From NCBI GenBank assembly GCA_964016885.1, contig OZ024745.1, positions 38,564,001 through 38,628,000 of the forward strand: a DNA stretch of 64,000 nt. The letters are read 5' to 3'. Below, one piece after another: positions 25,263-39,611 of this stretch. A program made the position numbers and the translations under genes. Origin of the DNA: Eledone cirrhosa (Eukaryota). Each line of letters opens with the position of its first letter. Positions within the stretch are counted from its first letter, which is position 1. The notes under the pieces are model-generated. The model was not told the origin of the DNA. It ran no database searches and was given only the letters and a program-made list of their open reading frames with translations.

Positions 25263-28200
25263 ATTATTATTATTATTATTATTATTATTGTTATTGTTAT
25301 TCCTTGAATCTCAGTCATTGATGTTGGTTAACTGGAAAGTCCGTTGGATTGAAAACAAGCCACTACCTGCAGCCTCAGATATTCAGGACGTATCGGATGG
25401 TTCTTGCTGTTCCAAGCAAGCATGCCTTTTGAAGCGTTCCAAAAAGCGTGAAGGGGCCGATTTTCTTTAACCATCCCTGGAAACCTTTGGAGATAGTCCC
25501 CAGTGCGCCTATGACAATCGGGATCACTTTGACTTCATGGCAGTTCCAGATCCTTTTCACCTCCCACTTTAGGTCCTGGTATCGGTTAATTTTCTCCCTC
25601 TCCGTCTCTTGCACTCTCGTGTCGAACGGGCAGGCCACATCCACAATCAGGCACGATCTTTTTTCTTTGTCCACAACCACCAGGTCAGGTCTATTGTGTT
25701 CCAGTTTTTTGTCCGTCTGTATCCTAAAATCCCACAGCACCTTCACCTGACTGTTCTCCATCACCGCCTCTGGCCTATGCTCATACTATTTCTCAGAATG
25801 TGGTAGATTGTTTACTTTGCACAGGTGCCAGTGGATCACCCTGCCCATCACATCGTGTCTCCAGCCCTTATAGTGGGTCTGGGCTAGGTGTTTACACTCG
25901 GACACAATGTGAGCCACAGTCTCCTCTCTCTCTCCACAGATCCTGCACAGTGGGCTAGCCTCCTCCTTGTAGATATGGTGCTTCAACCACTTCGTTTTGA
26001 GGGCCTGCTCCTGCGCAGCCATTAGCATTCCTTCTGTAGCCTTTTTGAGGTCTCCTCTTCTCAACCAGTTCCATGTCTGTGGATCTCTAAATTCAGTTTT
26101 CTCAAAGAAGGTACTATGAAGGGATTTTCCCTTAAGGCTGCTCTTCCTCCTTGATGTTATTTCCTCCTTGGACATCCCCTGGCCTACTGTCCCCTCCTTC
26201 AGTACAGTTCTGAGCATTGGCTCCTTACTATAGGTCACGTATTTGTATAGGTTGTTTTTCTCCATCTGAACACAGTCCTCTATGCTGATAAGACCTCTTC
26301 CACCCTCAGATCTCCTTAGGTAGAGTCTATCGACATCACTCCTCTTGTGGAACATGTTGTAGATAGTCAATAGCTTCCTAGTCTTCCTATCCATTTCTTT
26401 TTGTTCAGCAACATTCCATCTCAGAATTCCCGCACTGTACCTAATAATAGACACAGCTCGGGAATTTACTGCGCTTATGGCATTTCTGCTGTTCAGATGT
26501 GACTTCAATACGCTCCTTACTCTCCGAATGTATTCAGTTCTTAACAATTCCTTCATTTTTTTTGTTCTTTATGCCATCAGCCTCCAGAACGCCCAAATAC
26601 TTGTATCCTTCCTCAGAGTCAATTTCCTTTATCATCTCACCTGTTGGTATCTGGATCCCGTTACTTCTGCTCAACCTACCCCTCTTCATCACAATGACTC
26701 CACATTTACCAATACCAAACTGCATACATATATCACTGCTGAAAATACGGACAGTGTCAACAAGCACATCCAACTCCTTCTCACTTTTCCCGAAGAGCTT
26801 AAGATCGTCCATGAAGAGGAGGTGATTGATGGTAAGCTCTCCCCTTCCCAACTTGTATCCTGCTCTCACTTTTCGCAGCATAATGGTCAAGGGCATCAGG
26901 GCAAGGACAAACAACAGAGGGGACAGGCTATCTCCCTGGAAGATACCTCTGTTGATCTTCACGCTTCCCAAGGATACTCCAGTTGATGTCAACTCTGTCT
27001 CCCAGGACCCCATACTCCTGCCCAGCAACTGTCTGATGTTATCTGCCACCCTGAAGACCTCCAGGCTTTTGGTGATCCAGGAATGAGGCACCATGTCAAA
27101 TGCCTTTCTGTAGTCTATCCATCCCATGGCAAGATCAGTGTGTCTCCTCCTGCAATTCCCCATTACCATCTTATCAATAAGCAACTGATCCTTTGTACCA
27201 CGTGACTTCTTTCAGCATCCTTTCTGTTCGTCCGGTAACAAGTTGTTTGTGTGGAGGTGATGGTAGATTTCCTCAGACACAATGCTCGTCAACAGTTTCC
27301 ACATTACGGGCAGACATGTGATAGGTCTATAGTTGGTAACATCATTACCCTTGATTCGGTCTTTCATTATCAGAACTGTGGTACCTTTTGTCAACCACTC
27401 TGGCACCTCACCCGACACCAAGCAGTCATTGAACATGGCCGTCAGCTTCGGGTGGAGGGATGTTAAATGTTTAATCCAATACCCCTGCACACCATCTGGG
27501 CCTGGTGATTTCCAGTTGGTTAGTTTTTTGGCTTGCCCCTTAAGAGTTTCAACTGTGATACTCAAATCAGTCTGTTGTTGTGCCTTCTCACCGATCTCCC
27601 TCTGTACTGTCTCAATCCACCCTGCCTGGGCATTGTGTCTAACATCCTGCTCCCATATTCCTCTCCAGAATGTTTTAGCTTGTTCCGCCCCAGGGATCAA
27701 GTCGTTGCCTATTTCTTTCCCTTCAAGCTGTCCAAACAGCATCTTCTGGTTGTTGTCGAACATGCGGTTCTGTTTATACTGACTGACTCTGTTCTCGTAT
27801 CGCCTGATTTTGGCACTCTTTGCTACAATGCGTTGCTTCAATTCCTCTATTATAATATTTAGCTTTTTACTCCTAGTTTTGTATTTTATTTCCAGTCTAT
27901 TTTTAGTGCCTATGTTTTTTAGTGTCCCATTCAGTAGTGACTCAAGCTTTCCTATGTCATTTCTCATTTCCCCGATTTGCCCACTCAGTCGCTTCTTCCA
28001 CCACGGCTCTGCTCTTTCTTGTCTGTTGTTTCCTCTCGCTTTTATACCAAGTAGTTTCCTCACCGTATTTGCTGTTGCTTTGAGGATATTGTTGCACTGG
28101 TGGAGACTCCTCGCCTCAAGGTATGGGATGACTTTGTTTACCTTAGCTGTTGTTTCTTTTAACTTTTTCCTGTCTACAAATCTTAGGTTCATAGGTCTCC

Positions 28201-28950
28201 CACTATCATTGTTCAATTCATCTACCACTAGATTTAGGATGTCAACCGAATCTTGTCCTAGCCCGTCAGCATTCATCTCCTCAGTGGCCGTATCTCTGTT
28301 CCAGGTATTATTTATCTCAGTATTCAGATCATTGTCTGCTTCGGGTGGTTCCTCCGTTCTCAGGACCTCCTCACCTTCATTTCCCACCGGCTCGCCTGTC
28401 TGGCATACTACACCCGCCATCTCCAAGCCATTCTCTCTGCTCAGTTTCTCCAGTTCCAGCTCGCTTATCCACCCATTAGTTCTTATTACCCGAGCCTGCC
28501 CGGCCAATTTTTGTTCATCTAATTTAAATAAACCAATCTCGTTCCAGATGTTATGCATCCGTCTCCTGTAGCCCCTCTCCTTGGGGTTACTTTTCAGGTA
28601 GCATTGCATAACAGTTCTATTCAATTCTTTCGTCCAGTTGGTTCTGGCCCCTTTCCTTCTTCTTCTTCCATAACATCAGCAGTATTTGGTTGACAGTCAG
28701 GTTCCTGCTGCTGAGCCAGGGGGCACCTGTTGGGTGAGAGTCTGTCACATGACGTTCTAGTCTCCATTTCACCGTTATTCGAACTGTTTATGTTCGATAT
28801 TTAAACACTCTTATCGAGGATTGGCGAATGTATGTTTACATAGCCATCTGTGGATCCGCCATCCCACTTGGCCCTTGTGTGGCATTATCACCACGCTGTA
28901 TACGAACACACATAAACAAACAAACACACGGGCAGAAAGGGCCCCAAAAA
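25263..28950 (-). mobile_element. Near full-length R4/Dong-clade non-LTR retrotransposon with (AAT)n 3' tail
   Basis: Four consecutive minus-strand ORFs form one broken polyprotein; tail at 25263-25300; 5' boundary approximate. Confidence 0.93.
25375..28640 (-). pseudogene. R4/Dong ORF: RT, CCHC zinc knuckle and restriction-like endonuclease; three breaks
   Basis: [88 protein letters not shown]. Breaks near 27200, 26545 and 25775. Confidence 0.95.
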
Positions 28951-30064
28951 TGAATAAGCATAAGTTTCATTGTAATGTAGTATTCGAATGTCTGACTTAG
29001 TTTTTGTTTTTTAAGTTTTACTTTTTCCCCCCTCTTCTCTGTCCGTCCGCCTGCTTCTCTCTTCATTCTTATTTTCTTTACGTTTTTAGGGTTTCTTTTT
29101 TTGTTTTTGTTTTTGTTTTTCTCTGTTTGTTTTTCTCGTTTTTTGCTGTTGTTGCTGTGCTGCTTTGGTTTTGTTGTTTGTTTTTTCTTTTTTCTTTTGA
29201 GTCTATCTATATATTTTGATGCCTTCCTCTTTGTTAGTAGTAGGGATTCTATAATGTGGGAGTAGTAGCAGCCAGCAGGGAGAAGTGGGAGAGGGCGGCG
29301 TTGGCGATACTGAGACAGCGGTGGTGGTGATGTCGATACCGAGGCAGTGGTGGCGGTGATGCGACCGTATTACTGTAGTGATGGTGCTGTAGCGGTGGCA
29401 GCAGCAGTGAAGGAGTCAAGGGGTGGTGGCGGCGGTGATGGGATAGTTGTGGTAATGATGGCCGTAGTGAGCGGTGGCGGTGAAGGTGAAAATGCTGTTG
29501 TGTTTAGTGTACTCAGATGGTGGGGTGGGTGGTGTATCTAGTTTCTGGTGTTGGTGAGTTTAGCTGTCCTATATAGTGTAGCCAGAGGAGAGGAGGGGGG
29601 GGGGGGGTTCTTCTTCTTCCATTTATAGCCATTTTTCTTTTGGATATACAGTGTACAATACAAAGTTGAATATTTGAATATTTGAGCCTTATAACAATAT
29701 ATTTTGGGTCCGAATTTTTCGGGGCTCAAGCCGAGTGCTTTACGTAGCATTTGTACTAAGAGTTGTTATTTCACAAATGATTTAAATATGTTAAAAATTC
29801 AAAACTTACGGGAGCGATTTCATGACCTCCGTCACCTCGTGCGTCTTCTTCCCTATATTATTATTATTATTATTATTATCTTTATTATTATCATTTATAT
29901 AAATATATATATGAATCTATAATGTCGCATTCCTTTAAGCTTTATATAAATATCGTGGAAACACAACTAATATTACCTCGTATAATTGCAATTCTTTAAA
30001 TATGTTTTTGTGTAAACAATGAATAATTATTAGGTAAAATAAGTAAAGTAAACATTAAATATTA

Positions 30065-30240
30065 TCTTCTTCTTCTTCTTCTTCTTCTTCTTCTTCTTCT
30101 TCTTCTTCTTCTTCTTCCTTCTTTGAAGTTTGTGGGGACAGAGTCCTCAAACACTCCTTCCAAAGGGTCCTCTCAGAAGCAATCATGACCAACTTATCCG
30201 GCTGGTTCCTCAAGCAAGACCAGACGGGCTCATCGATGTT
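30065..30240 (-). mobile_element. Extreme 3' end of an RTE-type LINE with (AAG)n tail
   Basis: Minus strand WSCLRNQPDKLVMIASERTLWKECLRTLSPQTS followed by (AAG)n; resembles RTE/Expander C-termini. Confidence 0.55.
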
Positions 30241-33200
30241 ATCGTAACATCTTAATTAGAGTCAACGTCTGAGACTCGTACCAGCAATTTATTTGTCCAG
30301 CAATTAATTTGTGAGACATTCAAATCATGTACGTAATATCTGAGCTGTGATCTCTCCGTATTGATACATTTATACTTTTGATATTATTATATAAATTATT
30401 TACCCTTGAAATTAGTAAGCCAATAGCACAATGCCCCTTAATGTTTGCACTCAGCTTTAACCTCTGCACATGACTCACACAAGAGCAAGACACAACATCG
30501 TTGTTGGGTAAACATTCTCACATTTGGCAACAAAACATGGATGTATATATATATATAGAGGGAGACTAACATATATTTCTAACCTACCGACTCTCGACAA
30601 TACTCCGGTGTTTTATCTTCTCCTTCAACACGCACTCGTACCAATATTTCACTTAACTTATCTCAATAGTATCAAATCGAAGACGGCGATAGATGTAAAA
30701 TACTGCTGAAGAAGAGAAAAATGTTCTCCATAATTTAGTGAAAAACAATATGAAAAAATGAGGGCAAATTATTAAACAAAGTCTCCGGTAAATCAAGAAC
30801 AATGTCATACCATATTTTTTAATTTCTAATACAATTAACCCGAAGATCTACACGCCCATGCAACTAAACATATCATACGAATGAAAAGTCCTTTAGAAAA
30901 TACACAATTATGAAAAGTAAATGACGGCCAAATTCAATAAAAAAGATACTGATGAATACTATCCTGCAAACTGTAATAACAGAGTTTGATGTGAAAAGAG
31001 CCAACTGACTTAAATGCGAGGTACGCAGTACGAATAGAAGCCCAGAAATTTCACTTTGAAAGGAAACCGATTTTCAAAATGAAAAATTACTTTTCTATAT
31101 GTATTATAATATGAATATGTTACCATGAACACTACATTAGACAATCCGACGTAAAACCTACAACAGATGATGGGTCCAACGTCACAAAAGTAGGAATCAC
31201 TTCACCAGAATGATTCCTGTTGACCAACATACACAACGGAGGAAGAACTTTGTCAAATTTCTGTTTTCCAACTCTATCAATGCAACCGCAATACAATGGA
31301 GGAACACCTGGTCAACGAAGATAAACTGTTCAATTAAAGTCACCGAATTACCTTTTGTGACAGCCCAATGCATCTTCATGTACGTAGCAGTTTTATTCGA
31401 TATTTGACACATTTTGGAATGATATCGAATGTGCGGTGCTTGGTTGTTTCAAGCAGGTGTCTACTTTTATTTTGATTATTGTCTTTTTTGTGTGGTTTTC
31501 TCTGTAGATAAAGCAGTGTGTGCGTTACGTGTGCATGTGTGTAAGAGAAGGAGCCTCTGCGTGTCATAAAGGACATGGTTAATGTTACAATGGTATTTTT
31601 TGAAAGGTTTCTTCAATGTCATTTGAGTATTATTGGAAGTAAATATTGTGAAAGTATACTCCACATTTCACCAATGTATTTCGACAAACATTCGCAATTC
31701 TCTTAGTGCTATATTATATAAATTTATAATTTGTTCAAGAAACCTTAAGAGAATACCATGAACGTATTTGTTTTTCTCTCTCTAAAAAAATGAAGGTAGG
31801 GAGGAGACACCTATCGCGCTGTAATGTGTATGTATGTGCATGCGTGAGTGCATGTGAATGTGTTTGTGCGTGATTGTGGATGTATGAGCGTGTGGGAATG
31901 AGAGATTATATATCTGAACTTCATTGAATTGAATACATCACACGGTCAGTAGGAGTGATGGAAGTTTTGACTGCCCCTAAAATACTTGTGACCCCATCAC
32001 ACTGAAGTGGCAGATAGAGGAAAAAAGTATGTTTATAAACACTTGTGTACGGACATAGAAATGTTTCGATGCAAATAACTGAAACGAAAGCATTAAGAAG
32101 AGCTAAATAAATATTTAATTTCTAAATGAGAAAACTGTTTCCTATGCACCTTGGCAAGTTAAGTATTGTAATGTATATAGCAGTATCGTTTATGTCGAAC
32201 ACAATCATATTACGTGAGAAATAGACATTGATTATGTTTGGAAAAAATTAAGGAGGGAATTGCTAAGTAATATAAATATTAATGAATAGTTATTTATTCA
32301 ATAAAGAAATATTTCATCATTGTCCTCTTCCTTAGTTTGTTCTACATGTAAATAATTCACTTTTAGTTTAATCTGGGTTTGTTGTGTACCAGCGTCCAAA
32401 ATATGTACCCAGAGAAAAATAATAGTAACAAATATATATATAAAAGCAGCTAAGTATTTCTAATTATATTTATCAATAAAAACATCGGAATATTGTATAT
32501 CCATTACATTTTTCCTGATACATTTATTGTTGTATTTAGTCTGGTTCGTCTAGAAAAAATATATAGATTCACAATCTTTTAATTCACGACCATGAGGAGA
32601 GAATTTCATTTTTCATATGGGTATGTACATTAATAATGGATATTTGACGGTCGGCAGTAAATTGAATAAAAGCTTATCCCAACTACTAGGATTAAGATTA
32701 CCTAAACTTGTCAAAAGTCCAATAAATCATGACTGCGATTACTCGTACTTAAGTAGATTGCATCAGAACCCTGAGCATTACTGATATTTCCAGATGGTGA
32801 TATATCAGTATCCTTAGAGCCGGCAGTGACAAATGGTTTGAGCAGAGGGAGGCGTCAGAAAAATCGTTATCATCATGGATGGCTGAAGAGGGTTATAAAC
32901 AACAGTACAAGTATAGGCATCAGAAGTGTGAATTGTTAGATATAGGTCAGGAAAGAGAATAACTATCCTTGCCTTTAAAATCATTATACATATGCTGAGT
33001 TTGGCATGGGTGTGACAGATGCGAACGACCAGCATAGCTGATTTAACGTGGAAGTAGGTAACAAAATCACTAGCCATGGACGAATTGATATAATTGGAGA
33101 GACCACTACCGGTTCAAGAAGCAGTATCATGAATCGTTTTAGGCTCGAAGATATCAGAAAAAAGCCATTATTGTTACAATCATGTATGCTATGTTGTTGT

Positions 33201-34518
33201 TGAAAACATCAATACCATTACATGCAACAGAAACTTGAAATGTAAAACTGGGTCGGAGATAACAGAACATCTAACAAACGATCTAGACACACTTCGGCAG
33301 TAATCAGTAAGAAATAATTGTTTTCCAACCACAAGACATCCCAGATCGATTTACTACTTAGAAACAAATCATCCATTTAAGAAATGGAAACGATTATAAT
33401 GGTGTGGCCTACTTAAATAAAATTATAAGCTGTATAAATTGCATGACATACTTATCTCAATATATGTCATAAAATGATATGGCACATTTGCCTAAAGTTT
33501 TAAGCGGCATAATTTGCTTTACATATACGCTTAAAAGTATTAGAAGAAAGGAAAACAACATTAATTATACTTCGAAATTTGGCTGTAATTCTTTTTCTAA
33601 GAAAATTTATTCCTTAAAGAAATCCTGTTGAACACGGGCAAACAAATGTGTCTGAATGCGGTTGCGCATTACTGTAAAAATTGCTATAAAATCGATTGCA
33701 AGTCCCACTACAACTTCGTAAATAGAGAATCATACATAGCGCTTCAAACTCAAAGCGAATACAGGATTGTCTTGACTGGAATGGAATTGATTAGATGTTT
33801 GCTCTGAGTGGGACGACTTGGGTAAAACAAAACCTACACCTATGTGAGGGAATCTTTTAAATTAGTATGGATATGAAATGAAGATTATAGGTATATCATA
33901 TGATTTAACTGACAATTCCAAATGCTGGGCGCATTTTCGTACCTAGTGCGTATATGAAGTAAATAAGCATTACAACAGCATTTTTAGCTAAGATGTCGAA
34001 TAAAAGTCTAAGGGGAATTTAGTTACGTTTCTTTCATGCTACGAGTTTAATTCTGAACGATACTAAATACGATTTGATCATTCTAGGTTTGATAGAATAG
34101 AGTAATAGTGAAATACTAGAATTAACTTAATCGAATTTCCCGTCGAAAAATGTGTTGATTTTGGGCCTAAATTTGTAAGGTAATATATTTATTTTTGGTG
34201 TTGTTTTAAACAAACGAATATACCCGCGACAGCATAAAAAATATAATGTTTAATAACCTGAAAACTTTATGTAGGATGCCTAGTATACTCCGCCTGTCAG
34301 AACTATCAGTTTGAAAATATGTTTAACCTATGGAATTATGGTAAACGCACCCATGTGTGTGTGGGTGTGTGTGGGTGTGTGTGGGTGTGTGTGGGTGTGT
34401 GTGTGTATTCAGCCATATTCACTGATCCAGAACAATTCTCCCCATCCCATTTCTCTTGACCATTATCTTTTGTTTGTCATAAAATTCTCTAAAAGGCTAC
34501 AAAATAAATTCCCAAATA

Positions 34519-34790
34519 CGGGCGCGTTATATAATGAATTTGTTCACGTGACATTCATAATTTCTCTTATAACCAATCAAATTACATTTATAAAAAAAAG
34601 CCTTCGTGAGCAACTTTTTTTAATTAAAAAGAAATTGAAAGAAACTGGGGCGAAAGCTGATGTGCTATTTCACGTGACTGCATCAACCAAGCAAACTTCA
34701 CTCATATATGAAAAAGCAACCTCAAGTTGTTTGAAGAACTTTGGCGCGAAATTTATTATACTTATTCACCAACCAATCAAATTACTTCTC
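34519..34790 (+). promoter_or_regulatory. Three degenerate ~100-125 bp units with E2F-like, E-box and CCAAT motifs
   Basis: GGCGCG/GGGGCGAAA/TTTGGCGCGAAA at 34521, 34647, 34740; TCACGTGAC at 34544, 34670; AACCAATCAAATTAC at 34571, 34771. Confidence 0.35.
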
Positions 34791-34821
34791 TAAAAACCTG
34801 GCGTTTCGAGCCACTTTTTTC

Positions 34822-35249
<428 letters not shown>

Positions 35250-35529
35250 GCATATGTTTTCTGCTTGTGATATTATCAAAGTATATTCAGGGTTACATAA
35301 TATTGAGTGACCAATCACTAATGCCTGAGTTCCTAACGGAATCATTCTTGTGCAGTCGTGCGGCTACTCTCCCACTTTAGCATTGGCCATTACAGGTTTC
35401 TCACAGAGAGAGAAATCAGGAGAAAAATTGTGAACAAATGACATATCTGTTAATTTCGTTGATTATTTATCGATCGAAAGTATAAAAAGCAAATTTCACT
35501 TAGAAGTATTAGAAATTCGCACCATAGGT

Positions 35530-35574
<45 letters not shown>

Positions 35575-36432
35575 GTGTGTGTGTGTATGTGTGTGTGTTT
35601 ATGTGTGTGTGTATGTATGTATGTATAGTTACTAACCAGTGGAATGCATTAGAAGATTCTTACTATGGAACCAGTATTATATTACCTCTTCGTACTGTGT
35701 ATTTATATACGTCAGAGGCGAGGAATAATTTATTATTTGTATAAAACACCACACACAGCGGCAGCTGAAATCAACTCTTCGACTAAAGGAATTAATATTC
35801 ATTAATATATGGTTCTCATATTGTAAAAACTGAGGTATGAGCTTTGTATTGCTGAGTAGCAGTTTAGAACAAGGTGCGTTGCTGATTATCTCGTCTTTGG
35901 AAATATTTCCTCTTGTATGGCCAGATTTGTCTTTCACTCTTTAGACAGGTAATATCCATAAGAATGAATATGGCCTCTGTGACAAAGTTATCCTTGATTT
36001 GGAGACGTGAGCCGAATGCTTACAATAGAGTTAAACCAGGGGACAGATTAATCATACCAATCATATATTATACTATGAAATTTGAACTCCGAAGAACTTT
36101 TGAACACTACCAAACCACAACCGTGCAAGAATATTTTATTTTATCGACCCCAAAATGATGAACAGCTGTGTTGAGCTCGTCTGAATTTGAACTTAGGGAA
36201 CTGACAGATGGAAAATATGTCGCAATAAATTTTGTTCCTACGCTCTCATAATTCCTGACCAGATCTGGCCAATACACCAATATATAAGCAATTATGAACC
36301 CTCTCGATGTAGTTCTCAAACCATTAATATTTATTCAACATTATACATATATATATATTTATAAAGGAAGTAATTCCGTCGGAAAAGTCCAGGAAAAAAG
36401 AGTGCTCTATGTAAGCAACAGAGCTTAATTAT

Positions 36433-36552
36433 TATTATGTAATAAACAACATAAGGCAATTATTCCATTTACCAGTGGTTTCTTAAAAGCAAAACCTTTT
36501 GCTTTTAAGAAACCACTGGTACATGGAATAATTGCCTTATGTTGTTTATTAC

Positions 36553-36558
<6 letters not shown>
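36433..36558. repeat. Fold-back palindrome (62 bp arms, 2 nt loop) derived from the 6120/7385 hammerhead family
   Basis: ..ggtttcttaaaagcaaaa cc ttttgcttttaagaaaccactggta..; one mismatch; followed by (TA)n. Confidence 0.92.
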
Positions 36559-36621
<63 letters not shown>

Positions 36622-36637
36622 GTGTGTGTGTGTGTGT

Positions 36638-36676
<39 letters not shown>

Positions 36677-38830
36677 AGTGTGCGGGGGTGAGTGAGTGAG
36701 CGAAGTGTGTCTGTGTGTGTGTATGTGTATGTATGACTTGGAATCAATGGTATAGAGCACATTTACATTACTACCAAGCAATATATTTAATGTTTACAGA
36801 GATGTTAGTTTAGATTGTACACTGAAACCATCCTATTGCTATATAAATATGTTGTGTTTAAACATGTCTTGAGCTGTCACCTGATAAAATCCTACATGCT
36901 CCGTTTACGTCTATAGTAATATGAACATATGTGGAGCCAAGGCCGGTTTAAGCATGCATGTGATCCTTAGTAAAATTTCTTCATTGATCTTGTGTCATTA
37001 TCTAAGTTTGCAAAACCGAAATTTGCTTCCCTGTAAATATTATCTGTTGTTGGTTAAAATATGTCTTCCCCCAACTTCACTTCAATCAAATTTTACAGAA
37101 CCCATGCGTTCTCATGTATAATAATATACAGTAAATTTTATAACTGATATTTATATATATATATATATTATAATAAAGTTTGTGTAAGTAATTTGAACAG
37201 CTGGTATATCTAAACAATAGCTTCTTCAAACTATCAATGCATGGTAATTTTAGGATTCTTTCTAAATATTCCCAAATAGGGGTTTTAAATTATTTATTTT
37301 AATGACGAAATGTTCCAAACTATCTATATATAATGTATTTACATAAATCAACTAGAAAACATTACGTATTAAAATGGTAAGAAAACGTCTTGACATACGT
37401 TCACGTTTTAAATTTGAATAATGAAAGGTTAACATCCCATATAATTCTGTTTTCTAGATGTTAAAAGTAAAAACTTCTAAGCTATAACAATAAATATTGT
37501 ATGCATATATATGTATAAATTTATTTGTTCACGAGATCTAAAAAAAACATTGCATAACACGTTCTACGAACAAGAGATAAAACGAGATTTCTTTGTAATG
37601 AAAAATATTTCCAAAATGAAATATATATTTCAACTTCGTTGTTCGTCTAATATTTATCTATTACATTTACGCCTCTTTATTTCGTTAACAGACATTAAGG
37701 TTTTTTTAAGGTTTATATTCTTAAAGATTTAAAACTGATTTCATATAGGTATACGTTCAGAGTGTGTTCGCATCGGTGTTTGTCCAATGGTGAATACGAA
37801 CTTAATTCGTTTTTATGAAATTGTCAGGTTGTGAAGTTTATGGTATAAGAGAAAACGGTAATATATAGATAATTGTATATCATTGAAAGGTTAGATACAA
37901 TATGCATCCCCCCCCCCCACACACACACACACGCACACACTAACACACACACTCAAATATATATATATATATAATACACCATAGAAATTCTTGTCGCAAA
38001 ATTCCATCTGTTCTACTATGCTGAAAATACTACACTGTCATCTGGCATATGAATTAATCTTTCAGGATGTATGTTACTAATTTTTAAAATATATTAATAC
38101 CAGCTTATATAATGTTGCTGCAAAATCAGAATTATAATAAAGAAGATCGAGTTCAATTTATGTATTTTTAATAATCGTATACTTACATCTTACGAATCGG
38201 GAGTGCATGTTACTGGAATGTCACGAATAGCACGACGCATATTTCTTTCGCTCGCCCATTATTCCACTCTCCCCTCTATTCAATATTATGCTTTTGTTTG
38301 TGACTTGCCAACTCAAAACAGCGCTTTTATATTTCGTACTATGGTATGTGTAGTTAATTTAAAATGTTTGGTGGTTTCAATATATAACCCATCACCTGAA
38401 GGCAAACAACCATACCAATTGTGTGTCAGTTTTTATTTTTAGACTAACAATATTCATTCATTCCTCCATCACCACCACCACCATCATCATCATCAACTTC
38501 TTTTTCTGATGATCGTTTACTGAAGATGCCGCATTATTTCACATAAATTCTTACATATAAATCACCGTCCAACACATTTGTAAACGGCGTCACTATCCAT
38601 ATGAAGATTACACTGTGCAGACATTCTCGAGAGGACGAAAGATTCAGTCTGCGTTATTGACACGTAAGGCTTTATTAGAATATCATGGAACGTTTGCAGA
38701 TTTTATTAAATATTAATAAGGTGTTTAATTAAAAGTGAAGTCCTGAAACATGTATAAATTAATTGTTTCTACTTTTGGCACAAAGCCAGCAATTATCCCA
38801 GTGTATTAATGCTACTTTATTTTATCGATC

Positions 38831-39015
38831 CATATAAAACAAGTAACATTCAAAGACCAACCAGATGTGAGAAAAACCACATACCATACATCTCAAATCT
38901 ACTTGTGAAAAGCAGAAGAATTGTGAAACACCGGTAAAGGAACCAAATAAATATATATATTTTTATTAAAAATAAGACTCCAGTTGCATTTTCGATTTCA
39001 TCTTTTTTACTTATG

Positions 39016-39054
<39 letters not shown>

Positions 39055-39089
39055 CTTTACAGATATTTCACATATTTTAGCTCAATCAG
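38831..39089 (+). mobile_element. Short hammerhead family element between 89 bp direct repeats of a SINE tail
   Basis: Flanks 38743-38831 and 39091-39179 are direct repeats; decayed motif at 38902-38940. Confidence 0.8.
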
Positions 39090-39108
39090 TCTGAAAGATG
39101 TATAAATT

Positions 39109-39240
39109 AATTGTTTCTGCTTTTGGCACAAAGCCAGCAATTATCCCAGTGTATTGCTGGTACTTTATTTTATCGATCCCGTAAGAATGAAGGGAAAAGT
39201 TAATCTCAGCGGGATTTGAACCTTACACTGTGGGAGCTGG
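39109..39240 (-). mobile_element. SINE copy (minus strand)
   Basis: gtttctgcttttggcacaaagccagc..ctggtactttattttatcga..gggatttgaac. Confidence 0.8.
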
Positions 39241-39287
39241 CCGATTACAAATATTCTCGAAAACATAAACAAGAGATAGACATCATT

Positions 39288-39470
39288 ATGGATTGGCAGT
39301 GCCGGTAGAGGGTAGGACGCCATGCTTTGACGCATAGAGTTACGGCCCTTGCCATTCTGAGTTCAAATCCTGCCGAGGTTAACTTTGCCATTCAACCTTA
39401 CAGGGTCGATAAAATAAAGTACCAGTAATGTACTGGTTAATTGCTGGCCTTGTGCCAAAAGTAGAAACAA
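39288..39470 (+). mobile_element. SINE copy
   Basis: tggattggcagtgccggtag..gagttcaaatcctgccgagg..aagtagaaac. Confidence 0.88.
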
Positions 39471-39611
39471 TTATATATATATATGTATACACTCATGCAT
39501 TCGTACCTACGTACATACCTACGTACATACCTACGTACATACCTATATATTTATCTATATACATACATGCATATGTTCGTACATACATTCATACATGGAT
39601 ACATACATATA

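Noticed and set aside
26477-28571. Plus-strand ORFs up to 253 aa
   Set aside because: Antisense shadows of the R4 coding sequence.
28830-28950. HDV-like ribozyme at the R4 5' end (GGCCCUU/AAGGGCC pairing on the minus strand)
   Set aside because: A P1-like helix is present, but I could not build P3/L3, P1.1 or the nested pseudoknot.
32814-33077. PDLYLT..DAYTCTV..PL resembling a LINE AP-endonuclease end
   Set aside because: The catalytic SDH motif is absent and the similarity is too weak to call.
38514-38587. cgttta-CTGAAGA...taaacg
   Set aside because: Stem I-like pairing only; no stem II closure or GAAA.
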